A stretch of DNA of 64,000 nucleotides, from contig NC_068986.1 in NCBI RefSeq assembly GCF_001194135.2, positions 3,327,651-3,391,650 on the forward strand, given 5' to 3'. Position numbers and translations under genes: made by a program. Source of the DNA: Octopus bimaculoides (Eukaryota). The notes under the pieces are model-generated. The model searched no databases, was not told where the DNA came from, and saw only the letters and a list, made by a program, of their open reading frames with translations. Below are positions 1-63,096 of the stretch, in pieces; within the stretch, counting starts at the first letter, position 1; the number at the start of each line of letters is the position of its first letter.

Positions 1-49812
<49,812 letters not shown>

Positions 49813-49947
49813 GCTGGTTAGAGAGAATACAACCAGCTAAAGCAGCAGACGTTTTTCCTCCAGGCTTTCCTTGTCTGTATGGGTATTTGTGTTTGTTTTT
49901 CCTCTTATTTGTTTTCGTCGTAGATAATTTTGAACTTTTCGTTGTCA

Positions 49948-50349
49948 ACCGGAAGCTTTAGAAGGGTGGAACAAAAAGAATATAGAAATTATTAAAGTTT
50001 TTTTATCCAGCTGTTTCTCTCACGTTAGTTCATGTTTTAAAATGATTCGTCAAATCGAAACTTTTAAACTCACGTGTAACTTCCCTCAAATAATGTCATT
50101 ATTTTTTTTAATATCGCAACCAAGAGTAGTAGAGTATTTTCGACAGTTGCAGCAATTCGTAACAATTATATTACTAGTAGTATTGCTAATACAGCTATTA
50201 CGACTAAAAAGGAAATGATTAGCATAACAAGTCAGTAAAAGTGGAGAATTTATTCAATCAAATTTGTTCACCGCAAAGTTCCGTTTACGCAAATTTTTTA
50301 CCCCACCCCTGTCAAAACGAATAGGTACAGGAAATCTAGGGAATTACCC
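49948..50349. promoter_or_regulatory. Candidate proximal regulatory region of DUOX (ETS-, C/EBP- and kB-like motifs)
   Basis: ACCGGAAG 49948-49955, TTACGCAA 50285-50292 and GGGAATTACCC 50339-50349, in apparently unique sequence between exon 1 and the SINE cluster; motif matches only. Confidence 0.3.
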
Positions 50350-50459
50350 ACACCTACCTTCCATTAAGGAAAAACAATACCGCATAATAATGTACTAATA
50401 ACCTTCATGGTTTTATATTTATATCAATATATTTTTATATAAAATGAAGGCTGTGACCT

Positions 50460-51968
50460 CGCAGGAACATTAGCACGCCCGGCCAAAATGCTTGGCGACT
50501 TTTCATCCGTCTTTGCGTTCTGACTATAAATTCCACCAGGGTCGACTTTGCCTATCATTTTCTCGGGGTCGAAAATATATGTACCAGTTATGGATTGGAG
50601 GAGGTTGATGTAATTGACTAACCTCCCTCCCAAAAAATTATTGAATTTTTGCGAAAATTCGAAACAAGTATTAATAATATGGTCGCTGAATGTAGCCGGC
50701 TGGCAGAACCCTTAGTGCACCGGACCAAATGCATAGCAGCATTTCTTCCGGCTCTTTACGCTTTGAGTTTAAACCCTACCGAGGTCAACTGTGCCTTTCA
50801 TCATTTCGGAGTTGCTAAAATAAGTACCTGTTGGGCATTTAGATCGATGTAATCGATTTACTCCCTCTCTTACGTTCTGAGTTCAAATTCCGCCGAGGTC
50901 GACTTTACCTTTCATCCTTTCGGGGTCGATAAATTAGGTACCAGTTTCGTACTAGGTCGATCTAATCGACTGCCCCACTCCCCAAAAATTTCGGGCCTTG
51001 TGCCTAGAGTAGAAAATAATATTAGTGACTTTGTACCTGACTTAGAAAGAATAAGGTGGTTGATAAATTGACATAGTCTTTAGACTGTCAAATAGATAAC
51101 CTTCCGGTAATGGTTTCGGTTGCCTGCTCTCTGAGTTCAAATATCACCGAATTGAATTGTCTTTCATCCGGTCGGGGTCAATAATTAAAGATCCAACAAA
51201 ATATTAGTGGCGATTCTCCATTATCTCCTTTTGGGTCAGACCTGGAAAGAAATGGACTCTACCATTCCTTAAAGTATCCAAGATGCGCCTTATGTAACTA
51301 CAGCGCCCCTACGACTCCGCCAGGAATTGAGGACTCAAGGGAAATGGGTTGAAAATGGACACGAGGTCATTAGTCTTGAGGGGAGAAGTTTAAACGACCC
51401 CGAAAGAATGAAAAAAAAAGTTGACCTCCGTGGGATTTGAACTCAGAACGTTAAAAAAAAAAAGCTATTTGTTTCGCCTTCACCGATAAATAAGTTTTTT
51501 TTCTTTCTAATTTTAGTTGAAGGCCTGTAATTTTGAGAGGAGGGGGAAGTCGATTACAGTGATCCCTGCGCTCAACTGTTTATTTTATCGAACCCGAAAT
51601 GATGAAAGGCAAAGTCGATCTCGGCGGCATTTGCAATCAGAACGCAAAGAACCGGAAGAAATACTGCTAAGTATTTTGTTCGGCGCTGTTAATGATTCTG
51701 CCAGTTCAACACCTTAGCGACCAGACAAATGGAAAAAACAATCCTTTCTACTATAGGCACAAGGTTTGAAATTTTGGTAGAGGCGCGACTAGTCGACTAC
51801 ATCGTTACCTGTGCTCAACTAGTACTTATTTTATCGACCCCGAAAGGATGAAAGTGAAAAGGCAAGGTCGACCTCAGCGGAATTTGAACTCAGAACGTAA
51901 AAAGCCGGAAAAAATGCCGTTAAGTATTTTGTTCGGTGTGGTAACGATTCTGTCAGCTCAGTGCCTTA
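50460..51968. mobile_element. Cluster of about 6-7 SINE family C copies in both orientations upstream of exon 1
   Basis: Plus copies about 50460-50635, 50690-50870, 50870-51015 and 51130-51190; minus copies about 51380-51450, 51510-51715 and 51742-51968. Confidence 0.85.
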
Positions 51969-52510
51969 GTAATCAGACAAATGACAAAATATTATAAGAT
52001 AATATTTGAAGGTATATAAAGCGCACTTATTTTACAAAAAATAAAATATGTCCCCAGATAAGCCAACTGCGTCTACAAAGCTCAAATGAGATTCACAATG
52101 AAGTACTGTTCCCACAGCTGGGATAATGTTGCTCCCGCACAAACAGAAATTCTATATTGTGTCTAGAAAATGATGACTTAGCTGATTGGCATAAAACCAT
52201 TCAAAGACATGCTTCATTTTCTGGCACACGGATGTGCTGCGTCTTCTTTCTGCCTTCTGTTGCAACTGGAATGACCTCTGCTCATCAGAGCTGACTGGTC
52301 TCACGCCACTCCCATCCAAGCATTCCTGATTCACTCGTTTTCCCTTTCATCACTTATGTTAAGCGCTATCACCCATGCTTTTCTAGCAAATACTGGCTTA
52401 CAACGGTTTCAAAATAGCTTTAGCAGCATCAATCTCACCGATGTCGGGAGCCTGCGGCGGTTATGGGTACTATCCCTTCCCTGGACCCAGTAGTTAAAAG
52501 TTATATATAA

Positions 52511-52906
52511 GTGCAGGAGTGGCTGTGTGATAAAACGTTTGCTTTCCAGCTACATGACTCCTGGTTCAGTCCCAGAGCGCGGAACCATGTGCAAGTGTCG
52601 TCTGGTATAGCCCGGGCCGACCGTCGTGTATATATATATATATATATATATATNNNNNNNNNNNNNNNNNNNNNNNNNNNNNNNNNNNNNNNNNNNNNNN
52701 NNNNNNNNNNNNNNNNNNNNNNNNNNNNNNNNNNNNNNNNNNNNNNNNNNNNNNNNNNNNGTAACTTAGCGGTTCCGCGAAAGAGACCGATAAAATAAAT
52801 TCAAGACTTAAAAATATAAGCACTGGGCTTGATTTGTTCTAAACCCAACAAGGCGGTGCCCCAGCATGGCCACAGTCTAATGACTGAAACAAGTAAAGGG
52901 TAAAAG

Positions 52907-52907
<1 letters not shown>
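52511..52907 (+). mobile_element. SINE family A copy interrupted by an N-gap in its microsatellite
   Basis: Head at 52511, tail at 52760-52907. Confidence 0.8.
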
Positions 52908-52947
<40 letters not shown>

Positions 52948-53503
52948 GATAAGGAAGTTTTATTTCTGTCTGATGATTATGAGGCGAAAGAAGTACCGTA
53001 GTGAACGTGACTGGGAGAATTAACGATGAAGTTCTTCCTCGCTGATCAAGCTTTCATCAATCTTTCAAGTTCCATCTGAACAGAAGAAAGGTGGCGGCAG
53101 AGTGATAAGTGATGACGTTGAGCTACGCGTAACCGAACGGGCTCACTCTAACCATAGATAAGAGGCTGTAAGCTAGAGACCACAACTGATAAAGATTACT
53201 TGCCATTGGTTGTCAGAGTAATCCAGGATTATTACACTTTGAGTATACACCCTTTTACTTTGGGCTGGAAAAAAAATTAAGTTTGTTGTTGGACATTTTC
53301 GTTTTATTTAGTAAATAATTTACTTGTTTAACAACATTTCTTCGTCTGACGAACACACCCCGAAGAATTACAGATAGGTTTTTGGCAACTTTGTAAACAC
53401 GAACATGAGTTTAAAAACGAGCAAGTTTGACGAAAAAGTAAAAACACATAACACTTGAACAATGGAAAACTCGGATATTTGTACTGTACATAAAATATGA
53501 GTG

Positions 53504-53878
53504 GAGACGCAATGGCTCAGTGGTTAGGGCAGCGTACTCGCGGTTTCGATTCCCAGACCGGGCGTTGTGAGTGTTTATTGAGCGAAAACACCTAAAGCTC
53601 CACGAGGCTCTGGCAGGGGATGGTGGCGAACCCTGCTGTACTCTTTCACCACAACTTTCTCTCACTCTTACTTCCTGTTTCTGTTGTGCCTGTAATTCAA
53701 AAGGTCAGCCTTGTCACACTGTGTCACGCTAAATATCCCCGAGAACTACGTTAAGGGCACACGTGTCTGTGGAGTGCTCAGCCACTTGCACGTTAATTTC
53801 ACGAGCAGGCTGTTCCGTTGATCGGATCAACTGGATCCCTCGACGTCGTAAGCGACGGAGTGCCAACAACAACAAGAA
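53504..53878 (+). mobile_element. tRNA-derived SINE family E with (CAA)n tail
   Basis: A-box TGGCTCAGTGG, B-box GGTTTCGATTCC, tail caacaacaacaa; decayed tail fragments at about 15510-15600 and 47660-47690. Confidence 0.78.
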
Positions 53879-54831
53879 CAAAATATGACGGAATTTCACC
53901 TCTGGCAAAAACAAAGATGGAAACAAAAACAGTAAATCTTTACCGATGTTGCTGCTAAAAAATAATTCTAAATATGTTTGGAACTCTTAACAAAATAAAT
54001 GAATAAATAAATGAATAATAATGATGATGATGATGATGATGATGATTTTAAATTTTGGCACAAGGCCAGTAATTTCGGGGGAGAGGTGTAAGTCGATTAC
54101 ATCGACCCCCGTGTTCAATTGGTGCTAAATTTATCGACTCCGAAAGGGTGAAAGGCAAAGTGGACCCCGGCAGCATTTGAACTCAGAATGTAAAGACGGA
54201 CGAAAGGCCGCCAAGCATTTTGTCCTGCGTATTAACGATTTAATCGACGTCTCCCTTCCCCGAAATTGCTGGCCTTGTGTCAAAACTTGAAAGCTATATT
54301 AAGGTGGCGAACTGGCAGAATCGCTAGAACGTCGAACAAAAATGCTCCAGCAAAATGCAGCTTTGAAAACTACGTAATTGTAGCAAATTTTAAAATGTTT
54401 AATAAACTTTGATTTTTGAAATCTTGGAAGTCAAGCAGAAAAGATCCGAAGGGTTTTGATGTGTTCGTCCTAACAATGTCATCACACCTAGTGAAAACAT
54501 CAGCTGAAATCTGCCTAACTGCAAAGCAAAATTTCCCAAATTACGAGTATTTTTTATTTTAGATTTTTCGTATTTTTCCCATTTTTTTTTTTTGTTTTCT
54601 GCATCCTTTTTTTCTTTTTTTTCTTTCATACTTTGTCCTTTTTTTACTGTTAAAGAAGCCTTGCTTATGATATCCTTAGGAATCATTCACAGACTGCCTT
54701 TTGTGATTTGAATCAGGATTGGATTATTCATTTCAATAATTGTAAAACCATCAGATTTCTAGTCACGCAGTGTAAAGCGTTTTTTTTTTAATGTCACCTT
54801 CAAGAAAATAATTCAGTATTAAAACAATTTT

Positions 54832-55759
54832 ACATGGTACCGGATTCACTCGCACTGCTTAGCACCTTAGGCAAGTGTCTTCTACTATCGGCTCGGAACG
54901 ACCAAATCCTTGCGAGTGGATTTGGTAGACGGAATCTGAAAAATGTCTGTGGTTTATGTGTGTGCGCGCGTGTGTGTATGTTTGTTCCCCACCGTCGCTT
55001 GACAACCGGTGTTGAGTTGCTTACGCCCCCGTAAGCTGACAGTTCGCCAAAAAGGGGAAATGCCGACGATAATATATGTATACCCAGAATGAAAATATGC
55101 TAACTAAAAATGAACATATGCACACTCACGCGCACATAACTATGCACACACACACAGACACACACTGATATGTTGTACGAGTCGTTAANNNNNNNNNNNN
55201 NNNNNNNNNNNNNNNNNNNNNNNNNNNNNNNNNNNNNNNNNNNNNNNNNNNNNNNNNNNNNNNNNNNNNNNNNNNNNNNNNNNNNNNNNNNNNNNNNNNN
55301 NNNNNNNNNNNNNNNNNNNNNNNNNNNNNNNNNNNNNNNNNNNNNNNNNNNNNNNNNNNNNNNNNNNNNNNNNNNNNNNNNNNNNNNNNNNNNNNNNNNN
55401 NNNNNNNNNNNNNNNNNNNNNNNNNNNNNNNNNNNNNGTGTGTGTGCATAGTTATGTGCGCGTGAGTGTGCATATGTTCATTTTTAGTTAGCATATTTTC
55501 ATTCTGGGTATACATATATTATCGTCGGCATTTCCCCTTTTTGGCGAACTGTCAGCTTACGGGGGCGTAAGCAACCCAACACCGGTTGTCAAGCGACGGT
55601 GGGGAACAAACATACACACACGCGCGCACACACATAAACCACAGACATTTTTCAGATTCCGTCTACCAAATCCACTCGCAAGGATTTGGTCGTTCCGAGC
55701 CGATAGTAGAAGACACTTGCCTAAGGTGCTAAGCAGTGCGAGTGAATCCGGTACCATGT
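54832..55759. repeat. 322-bp inverted duplication flanking a 249-N gap
   Basis: 54832-55153 versus 55438-55759, 1 visible mismatch; includes non-SINE flank. Confidence 0.85.
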
Positions 55760-56136
55760 GGTTGAGAAGCAAACTTCTTATCACACACCTTGTCTGTAAA
55801 CGAAGTCTTTCTAATATTACAAAGAAAAGGATGTGTTATGAAAAAAATAGGAAACAAATGTAGATTAAATTATGCTCTATCGGTGCAAGTTACAAAAACT
55901 AGCGTGTGAATAGCTTACAAGGAAATCGTCAGTAAGTTTTCTTTAGCTAGCAGAAAGATAAAGCTTTAAAAATCGTATAAAGTTTACAGCTGAAATTCAA
56001 GAAAGCTGTTATATTAACTGATCCACTTCCTTGAGAAGGATGGGCAGTCTGATACGTATGTACGTGCGTACGTACGTATGTATGTAAGTTTGTATGTATG
56101 TATGTATGTATGTATGTATGTATGTATGTATGTATG

Positions 56137-56298
56137 TAGGGCCGACCCTAGGGTTGCCGGCGCTCCGGACTAGCTGAACTTGGCGTGTACAAGCTGACAG
56201 TCGTGGAAATGTTCTTGTCTTTGTCACGTCCTTGGTGCCACCAAGCACATGGCGCTCCGGGTGACTACCCGAGTTGTCGGTACCTTGAGCCGATCCTG
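56137..56298. mobile_element. Probable hAT-type MITE inserted in a (TATG)n tract
   Basis: GC-rich 162 bp with imperfect TIRs tagggccgacc / gagccgatcctg. Confidence 0.5.
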
Positions 56299-56329
<31 letters not shown>

Positions 56330-56499
56330 TAATTTCAAGTTTTGACGCAAGGCGAGCTCTTTCGGGAGGAGCTAAGTCGATCACATCGACCCCGTCGTAT
56401 ATATATATATATATAATATAAATAATATATGAATATATGCATATATCCATACATATATGTGCATACCTACATCTATATATATACATTATACATACATGC

Positions 56500-57910
56500 A
56501 TATATGGGTACAGGACATCACAAAAAACGTTAAACACAATGAGAGACGAAAACATAAAGACGAAGACAGAAAACGAACTTTTTTTCGAACAACGAAAAAC
56601 ACAAACAAAGAAACGAGACATGCAACATAAAGAATATTTCCCTTCTTCAGTTGTCCCTGTTCCATCTACTCCGCGTTTCGAAGGCAAGGACAATACACAA
56701 CTTCGTTAGAACAGTCCTTCCCGCAAAGCAAATTAAATAAAATTTGGGATTTTTTGCAGAGGGTGAAAGTGTAAACAAGAACAGGACAGTGAGAACAAGA
56801 CAGTAAAAAAAAGACAAGNNNNNNNNNNNNNNNNNNNNNNNNNNNNNNNNNNNNNNNNNNNNNNNNNNNNNNNNNNNNNNNNNNNNNNNNNNNNNNNNNN
56901 NNNNNNNNNNNNNNNNNNNNNNNNNNNNNNNNNNNNNNNNNNNNNNNNNNNNNNNNNNNNNNNNNNNNNNNNNNNNNNNNNNNNNNNNNNNNNNNNNNNN
57001 NNNNNNNNNNNNNNNNNNNNNNNNNNNNNNNNNNNNNNNNNNNNNNNNNNNNNNNNNNNNNNNNNNNNNNNNNNNNNNNNNNNNNNNNNNNNNNNNNNNN
57101 NNNNNNNNNNNNNNNNNNNNNNNNNNNNNNNNNNNNNNNNNNNNNNNNNNNNNNNNNNNNNNNNNNNNNNNNNNNNNNNNNNNNNNNNNNNNNNNNNNNN
57201 NNNNNNNNNNNNNNNNNNNNNNNNNNNNNNNNNNNNNNNNNNNNNNNNNNNNNNNNNNNNNNNNNNNNNNNNNNNNNNNNNNNNNNNNNNNNNNNNNNNN
57301 NNNNNNNNNNNNNNNNNNNNNNNNNNNNNNNNNNNNNNNNNNNNNNNNNNNNNNNNNNNNNNNNNNNNNNNNNNNNNNNNNNNNNNNNNNNNNNNNNNNN
57401 NNNNNNNNNNNNNNNNNNNNNNNNNNNNNNNNNNNNNNNNNNNNNNNNNNNNNNNNNNNNNNNNNNNNNNNNNNNNNNNNNNNNNNNNNNNNNNNNNNNN
57501 NNNNNNNNNNNNNNNNNNNNNNNNNNNNNNNNNNNNNNNNNNNNNNNNNNNNNNNNNNNNNNNNNNNNNNNNNNNNNNNNNNNNNNNNNNNNNNNNNNNN
57601 NNNNNNATATATATATATATGCATATGTGGGCACAGGACGTCATGAAACGTGTGTAACAAAAACATACGAAGCACGAGTACATGGAATATGAACTATTTT
57701 TTCGAACAACGAAAGACACAGATGGAAAACAGGACAAACAACATAAAGAACGACCCTTCATCAGCTGTTGGCTATTTTTCTACTCTAGTATTTCGAGCAT
57801 TTAACAACAATATACGCTTTCGATAAAACAGTTGCTCCCTCAAAGCAAATTAAATAAAATTTGAGATTTTGCGGTGGGTCAAAATTGGTAACACAAACAG
57901 GATAGTGAAA
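56500..57910 (-). mobile_element. Two diverged copies of one repeat (possibly Penelope-derived) flanking a 788-N gap
   Basis: 56500-56818 and 57630-57910 share ttttttcgaacaacgaaa, acataaagaa and caaagcaaattaaataaaattt blocks. Confidence 0.55.
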
Positions 57911-58799
57911 ACAAACAGGAAGGGCTGCTAAGCCTAACTGAGGTTGTGGTGACGAACGCGTAAATCAAGCTTGGATAAGAGACAGACAAGAACACGTCTT
58001 CCTTGTTCCGGCTACAACGGAGAGAAAGAAAAACGCAAGTTAGGAGAAGAAAGAAAGATAGCCGATGGTCACGAGGGGGGCCGCGTGAGCAAGGGAGGGA
58101 GAGTGAAGGAGAGAGAGTGACAAGGTAATAGGATAGAATAGTGGGAGAAGAGGAGGTAAAAGAATAAGAGAGAGAGGGAAAAACGAAAGAGTAAAAAGAT
58201 CGTAGAGAGTGCGCATCAGAATTATTAAGATAAAACTTACTTGGAAGAGGGTGCGTGGCGATACATACATACATGCACAAATACATACATACATACATAC
58301 ATACATACACACACACATNNNNNNNNNNNNNNNNNNNNNNNNNNNNNNNNNNNNNNNNNNNNNNNNNNNNNNNNNNNNNNNNNNNNNNNNNNNNNNNNNN
58401 NNNNNNNNNNNNNNNNNNAAAACATCCAGTTATAATACCTTGAAATTGTATAAACAAATGTAAGTTGGTGTGAACCAATGGGAGCGATTGTTGACTGAAA
58501 TGAATAACGCCTTCCCAGGTCAAATGGCTATAGATAATTACATAAGGAAATCATAAATACATTTTTCTTAACCAATGAAAAGAAGCATGAGCAACAAGCG
58601 TGACTTCTAGTGTAGAAATTCGAGAAAGATATTTATATGATTATTTAGGATTGGTTGCCTTTGCATAACGAAAACTGGGAAATTTGATATTAAAATGAAA
58701 CATCAGAGCAATCAAATAATCAAACCTCGAAGAATCGAGTGAACCTATAACTTGCAGGTCGAATAAATCTCTCTCAAATCACACCCTGCCTTTTTCTTT

Positions 58800-58830
<31 letters not shown>

Positions 58831-58866
58831 GAAAAGTCACCAATGTTTAGGGGAGAGTATATTCTT

Positions 58867-59078
58867 TTCTATTCTAGACACAAGGCCCGAAATTTTGGGC
58901 GAGGAGGGCAGTCGTTTATATCGATCCCAGTACGCAACTGGTGCTTAATTTATCGACCCCGAAAGGATGAAAGGCAAAGTCGACCTCGGCGGAATTTGAA
59001 CTCGGAACGTAATGACAGACGAAATATCGCTAGGCATTTCGCCCGGCATGCTAACGTTTCTACCAGCTCAACGCCTTT
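58867..59078 (-). mobile_element. SINE family C, CpG-intact copy
   Basis: atcgaccccgaaaggatgaaaggcaaagtcgacctcggcggaatttgaactc core. Other copies at about 3945-4360, 28680-29048, 29950-30370, 36828-37040, 40825-41120, 41640-41765, 54045-54345 and 63170-63348. Confidence 0.88.
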
Positions 59079-61330
59079 TGAAATGAAGTGTATTGCTCAA
59101 GAGCACAATGCACCACCCAGTCAGGGAATCGAACCCAAGATCTAGCGATCGTGAGTGCAACAACCTAATCACTAGGCCACGCGCCTTCACTTGTGGGTGA
59201 AATATTGGTTTCAAATTTTGGCACAAGGAGTAAATCGATTAGATTGACCTCATTGTTAAACTTGTACTTATTTTATCGATCTCTGGGTGAAATATTGAAA
59301 TGAATGCATATTTCTCGCATCCTCGTGGATGAATTCAGGACATATTGAATTTTTTTACGTTCAGTTTCAGTCATATTTCGTGTGTGTGTGTGTGCGCGCG
59401 CTATGTGTGTGCCTGTGTGCTATGTGTGTGCCTGTGTGCATACATGTTTGTTTATACTCCAGTTATCTAGCCAGCCATGACTTTTTCTTATTCTTTTTTT
59501 TTTATTTCTCTTAACATCCTGCTTTAAAATTACAATTTTTTAAAAAGAAAACACTGATTAGGAGTGGCTGTGTGGTAAGTAGCTTGCTTACCAACCACAT
59601 GGTTCTGGGTTCAGTCCCACTGCATGGCACCTTGGGCAAGTGTCTTCTGCTATAGCAGATTCGAATGGAAAAATGTGTCGCTCAAGAAGGTCTTCAATTT
59701 GAACAATTTTCATGTTTCATATTTAGACGGTTTTATTAAATTCATTTATGTTAAACATAAATAAATCTTGGAATTAAATGGTTTTGATTTACTGTCAGGT
59801 GACTTTGGGCCAGCCCTGTATGTCGACGAATTTATCCGCCAGACTTGCGGCTCTTTGCGTGTATGTGCCTTAGCCGTCCAGAAATTAGATTTCGATAAAA
59901 TTAGTGTCCTGCAAAGTACCAAAAAAGCCCTTAATAGTAACGAGGCCTGTAACTTCTGAAAGAATCATAGAGTTGCCGTCGTAACACAGGGTATATGCTG
60001 GGCACTTTTTAAACGTGACGGAGGCTAATACTCACCCCTCGATCTGAACACAACCGTTTTTAGAGAGAGAGAGAGAGAGAGAGGTTGGGAGAGGGAGGAA
60101 TGGACATCAGTACTATAAATATATTTTTCTTTGATCCACCTGCCGATTCGATGTACGAGGGTCTAACAGCAATTTTATTTGTCTTTTGTTATTGTATTTT
60201 TCTATTTTGTTTTAGCTCTGATATCTATGTCTTTCGTGAGACTTGAATCCAACAAACGATTTACGGACAAAATTATAGAGGTCGTTGACTGTTCAAGTGC
60301 GTGTTATTAAATGGAAAAGCAATTAGTGTGAATCACCGCAAGACATTTTTGTGTATAGATGTATTGTTTATTCTGTGTTCTCCTTTTGTGGTGGAAGCAT
60401 GTAGTACGGTACAAAAACATATGAGTTTACAGACAAGGAAAGTTTTGCTTTTTGCTTTTGCACTGAAAGAAGTAACACCATATTTGTATTACAGTATGTA
60501 TACACTTGTGTAATGAGAACAGTCATTTTAAGAATGTGTATGTGATAAAATATCTGTTTACCAACCATATATCTTGTATCGGGGTGAATAGACGTGTGAG
60601 TCACACGTGGGAGATTGCGTGTGGAGCTGCAATGAAGACATGTGTCTTTGACCAAAACCTGGCTGGAACTGAGACCGTTTCTACAGTGTAGCTCAGAACG
60701 AGGCTAGTGTCTCGGAAGCTACTGTATCAAAGCAAGATTAGACTCCTCATCGATATATTCGTCTGCTGTGCAGGTCGACTCACATATTACTATGCCTAAT
60801 CAGCAGACTAGACATATGAAAAGATTGTTAAACGAAATGGCTGACATATTAGTTTGAGACTTTGTCTTTGCTCTCAGTTCTTTTAACTGACCTAGATGAC
60901 CCAGCTGATCCGGTTCGTTATGCTTCTATTGCATGTTAACATCCATCAATTGTAATTATATGCAATCGTTTTCAAATGTTGTGTGTTTTTTTCTGGGATT
61001 TTTTTCAAGAAAAAGCTTTGAGCTTATCCTTGTGCCTATGCTATGGTCTTTCTAGGCTTCTCTTTCCACCATGGAGCTGGCCATACATAAGAACTGTTGG
61101 AATTGTGACGTCACAAATCATTCGGACAACATGACCAATCCATCTTAATTAAGATTGCAATAGAAAGGATTCAATACCACTAAGTTTGCATTTAAAGAAT
61201 ATGTCAATGTTCAAAATTCTGTCATGTAGGGTGTATCTGCAAATGGTCCGAAGATACCGCTTACGAAAGACATGCATATGTATGTGTGTACGTGTGTGTA
61301 CGCACGCGTGTATGTGTGCCTGTATGTGTG

Positions 61331-61363
<33 letters not shown>

Positions 61364-62288
61364 ACGTGTGTGTATGCGTGCGTGCGCGTGCGCAGGTCTT
61401 TGTGTCTCTGTTTCCCACACCACTTAACAACCAGTGCTTGTTTATTTGCGATCCCGTAACCTAGCGCTTCGGCAATAGAGGACGATACGATAAATACCAG
61501 ACTTAAGAACAAGCGCTGAAGCCGATTTCTTCGGCTAAAACTCTTCAAGAGTGTGCTCTAGAATGGCTGCAGTCCAGTAAAAGATGAAAGAGAGAGAAAA
61601 AAATGTGTGAGCCAACAAATTGTGGTCAGTTTTGAATAACTTGTAAATAAGAGACCCATCCTTTTTAAATGTCAAAATCCATTGATTGCTGAAAACAAAT
61701 AAGTCTAAGTAATCAAGAAGAGAAAATAAATGTGAAGGAGTGTATCGCAGTAGAACCGGGCTAAAGATCTCCAGTTTAGAGACGGAGATATCAATGTGGG
61801 CAACCCGCAGCGGGGCGCCGCGAAATAAAGTGTTTTTCACGAAAATTAAATTCCTTAGTTTCTCTACAGCTATGCAGTTTACGATTTAGGATAAACAGAA
61901 AAAAAGAAAGAAACATGTTTCTAAAATTATGAACTATTTTTCTAAGAAACTTCATTTCTTTTTAAGAAACTTCGCAGAATATTGAATTTAGCGTACTTTA
62001 TTCGTGTCTCGAGTTATGCCGTGTTGGTGATTCCAAAGGAAGATGAAATAGTGCTATACCAACGACTAAAATCTTTCAGAATTTTATATTATGTCAGAGA
62101 AAAAAGATTTAGATATGCATGTTCTTCAACTTGACTTAGTTTAATCCAGAAGAGATTTTCTCCTCTGATGGTAAATCACCAGAAGTAAATTATACGTTCA
62201 TAATAACAATTTATCCACCATTCGTCTCCTACGATCTGTGTATGTGCTTTTATACACCAAGGGCCTATATGAGAGGATCTCTCAAGGC

Positions 62289-62900
62289 GGATCTTTTTTA
62301 AAACGGGGGCCACATTTTTCATTAATGTTTTACGTAGTGTTTTTGGTACCGAAAGACTTTCAAACTTCGTATACTTATCTATTTTGTGTTATAGAACAGA
62401 AAAATATTTTTGTATTCGAATTTATTTCATGTAAAAAATTGTCTTATTTCGATAATTTCAACCAATCACTGACAAGTATTCAGTTGTTTACATTTACTCC
62501 TTTGGCTGATTAAGCCATAGCTTCGTTTTATTTGCTTTTTTCATTTTAAATTTGCTTTTTCATTTTCTTTTTTTTTCTTTCTTCGTTTTATTTGCTTTTC
62601 TCTTTTTAAATTTGCTGTTTTACCCTAACCCTAACCCTAACCCTAACCCTATCACCGATAGAATTGTTTCAGAATCGTTTGTTTATGTAGTCGGCACTTA
62701 ATGTATATCGGCTGAATGGACGTCAGTGATTGGTTGAAATTACAGAAATACGACAACTTTAACATGGAATAACTTAGGGATTTCTTTTTTTTAAAGAAGA
62801 CTAAGAGAAAAAGATGTTTTATATGACACATTCTACCAGTGTTCCAAGTTTCAAAGTGTTTCGTTAATGAAAAATGTGGCCCCCGTTTTAAAAAAGATCC
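62289..62900. mobile_element. Second copy of the same MITE, opposite orientation
   Basis: Same TIRs; TSD ctcaaggc; (CCCTAA)4 at 62623-62646. Confidence 0.92.
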
Positions 62901-63043
62901 CTCAAGGCTAATAACGCAGTATTCGGTATTCTAGCAAGGCATCCATGTTTAGTTGGATATAAAGATTACCTTTTGGTACTACTAATACTGCTTCCATCAC
63001 TAATAACAAGTTATATATTTTCTATCATATATTAATGAACACA

Positions 63044-63096
<53 letters not shown>

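Noticed and set aside
52140-52490. GC-richer segment that might be a LINE or gene fragment
   Set aside because: All frames have early stops and I recognise no motif; left unclassified.
60155-60170. TACGAGGGTC and similar Tc1/mariner-like TIR starts (also near 34117 and 59805-59822)
   Set aside because: No matching second TIR or transposase found nearby.
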